Below are positions 62,563 through 64,000 of a DNA stretch of 64,000 nucleotides, piece by piece. Position 1 is the first letter of the stretch. The number at the start of each line of letters is the position of its first letter. The stretch lies in NCBI GenBank assembly GCA_964252035.1, contig OZ176207.1. One strand, given 5' to 3'. This DNA comes from Podarcis erhardii (lineage: Eukaryota). The position numbers were made by a program, and so were the translations under genes. The notes under the pieces were generated by a model that made no database searches, was not told where the DNA came from, and saw nothing but the letters and a program-made list of their open reading frames with translations.

Positions 62563-64000
62563 CTGATGGATTGCTGCCTCCTCCGTAACTGCGTTAGAAT
62601 CACCTATGAGTAACACAGGGCCTGGTTTATCAGAAGCCTGCTGTGGTGTCAGAGTATTGGTACAACTTCCAATTGGAAAAAGTATCTGGCTTTTCCGAGA
62701 GCCTGAAGTCAGTGAAACCTCATGGCAATAAGACTGAAGAAATGCCCGGACTCCGTCAATCCCAACAAACTGTGAAACTGGTGCACCACTGAAATTCAAA
62801 CTTGCATTATCACACAGCTGAGAATTTTTCCACCTGCGAAGTTTGAGTGCCAGTAACACAAGGAGGAAGGCGAGGAACAAGCAGGAGACAAAAGCCACTG
62901 CAGTCACCAAGTAGAAGGTGAGATCTGACTGTGGGTCTTCAGATATTGGGACACTGCTCAGATCAGTCAGCATGTCAGGGATGGTGTCAGCCAAGACCAC
63001 AGTGACAGTGACTGACGCCGACATTGGAGGCTGCCCATTGTCCTTGACTAAAACCACCAGGCTTTGTTTGAGGGCATCTTTCTCCAGGAAGAAGCGGGCC
63101 GTCCTGATCTCTCCCGTGTGGAGCCCCAGAGTGAAGAGCCCTGGCTCGGTGGCCTTGATCAGCTGGTAGGAGAGCCAGGCATTCTGGCCAGAGTCCGCAT
63201 CCACGGCCACCACCTTAGTGACCAGGTAGCCTGGCTCAGAGGAGCGAGGGGCCAGCTCTATCCCTGTGGAGCCGTCAGTGGGAGGGGAGGGGTACAGGAT
63301 TTGGGGAGCATTGTCATTCTGGTCCAGGATGAAGAGAGTCACTGAGACGTTGGAGCTGAGTGGTGGAGAACCTCCATCCTGGGCCTTGACCAGGAACTTC
63401 ATCTCTCTGATCTCTTCATAGTCAAAAGAACTCAGAGCATAGATGACCCCTGTCTCTGAGTTAATGGAGAGGTAGGAGGTAATAAGGAATTTGTCCATGT
63501 TCCCTTCAATTATGGAATAACTTATTCTGGCATTTTCCTCCCAGTCTGGATCATTTGCTTTTAAGGAAAATACTTGAGCTCCTCTTGGATTGTTCTCTGT
63601 AAAATAAGCCAAGTAAGATGGTTCTGCAAAAACAGGAGGGTTGTCATTTGTGTCTTGGATTTGAAGTAGGATAAAAGTTGATACAGAAAGTGGTGGAATT
63701 CCATGGTCAGTAGCTGTGATTGTGATGTTATAGTCCGCTGTGCTCTCTCTGTCAAGGTTACTGTGTGTCACCAAACTATAAAAGTTATCAAAAGACTGTT
63801 TTAATTGGAAAGGGAGCTTACTGGGAATTGAACATGTGACCTCCCCATTGACCCCTGAATCTTCATCTTGTACGTTTAGAAGGGCAATAACTGTTCCTAT
63901 TGGTGAATTCTCAGAAATGGTATTGATGAAAAAGGTTATTGATAGTTCAGGTGCATTGTCATTAACATCCGTAACAATTATCACAACTTTTGACCAGTCA
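62563..64000 (-). CDS. PCDHGA: Protocadherin gamma-A-like variable exon (A10), 5' part beyond window (end of EC3 through cytoplasmic)
   Basis: Open frame from window edge through EC4-EC6, TM and tail; donor CAG|GTGAGC after 62563. The ORF-track Met at 63984 is internal. Confidence 0.92.

Noticed and set aside
3148-63345. Recurrent 60-125 aa ORFs overlapping Pcdh exons on the plus strand or in alternative frames (e.g. MVAERGG..., MRSDGG..., MLEGIFLQ...)
   Set aside because: They recur only because the underlying exons are near-identical; they have no independent motif or promoter.
1-64000. CRISPR array or prokaryotic defence system
   Set aside because: The repeats are vertebrate paralogous exons, transposons and microsatellites; there is no repeat-spacer periodicity or cas-like ORF.

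Overview
Vertebrate genomic DNA, most likely a squamate reptile (probably a lacertid lizard; inferred from BovB, CR1, L2, L1, Penelope-like and hAT/Tc1-mariner MITE content). The window lies inside a clustered protocadherin-gamma (Pcdhg) variable region on the minus strand. It holds nine complete and one window-truncated ~2.4 kb variable exons, each encoding signal peptide, EC1-EC6, TM and a variable cytoplasmic segment and ending at a phase-0 GT donor. Left to right they are B1, A2, B3, B4, A5, A6, B7, B8, a pseudo-exon relic, A9 and A10 (my labels; A = gamma-A-like, B = gamma-B-like). No constant exons are in the window. Each complete exon has a CSE/CTCF-type promoter element about 190-235 bp upstream of the ATG. 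The locus is built from nested tandem duplications and shows strong paralog mosaicism. Most notable: (1) the five young gamma-B paralogs carry all four combinations of two EC2 and two EC3 haplotype blocks, i.e. shuffling at the trans-recognition interface; (2) A2 looks like a chimera of A6 (5') and A5 (3'); (3) 7 of 9 CSEs have lost the CpG of the canonical CGCT box but all keep a fixed-spacing upstream module; (4) a perfect 54-bp hairpin from a Penelope-like insertion. I found no evidence of a wholly new gene system; the novelty is in how this known cluster is diversifying. Identity estimates are by eye, not computed.
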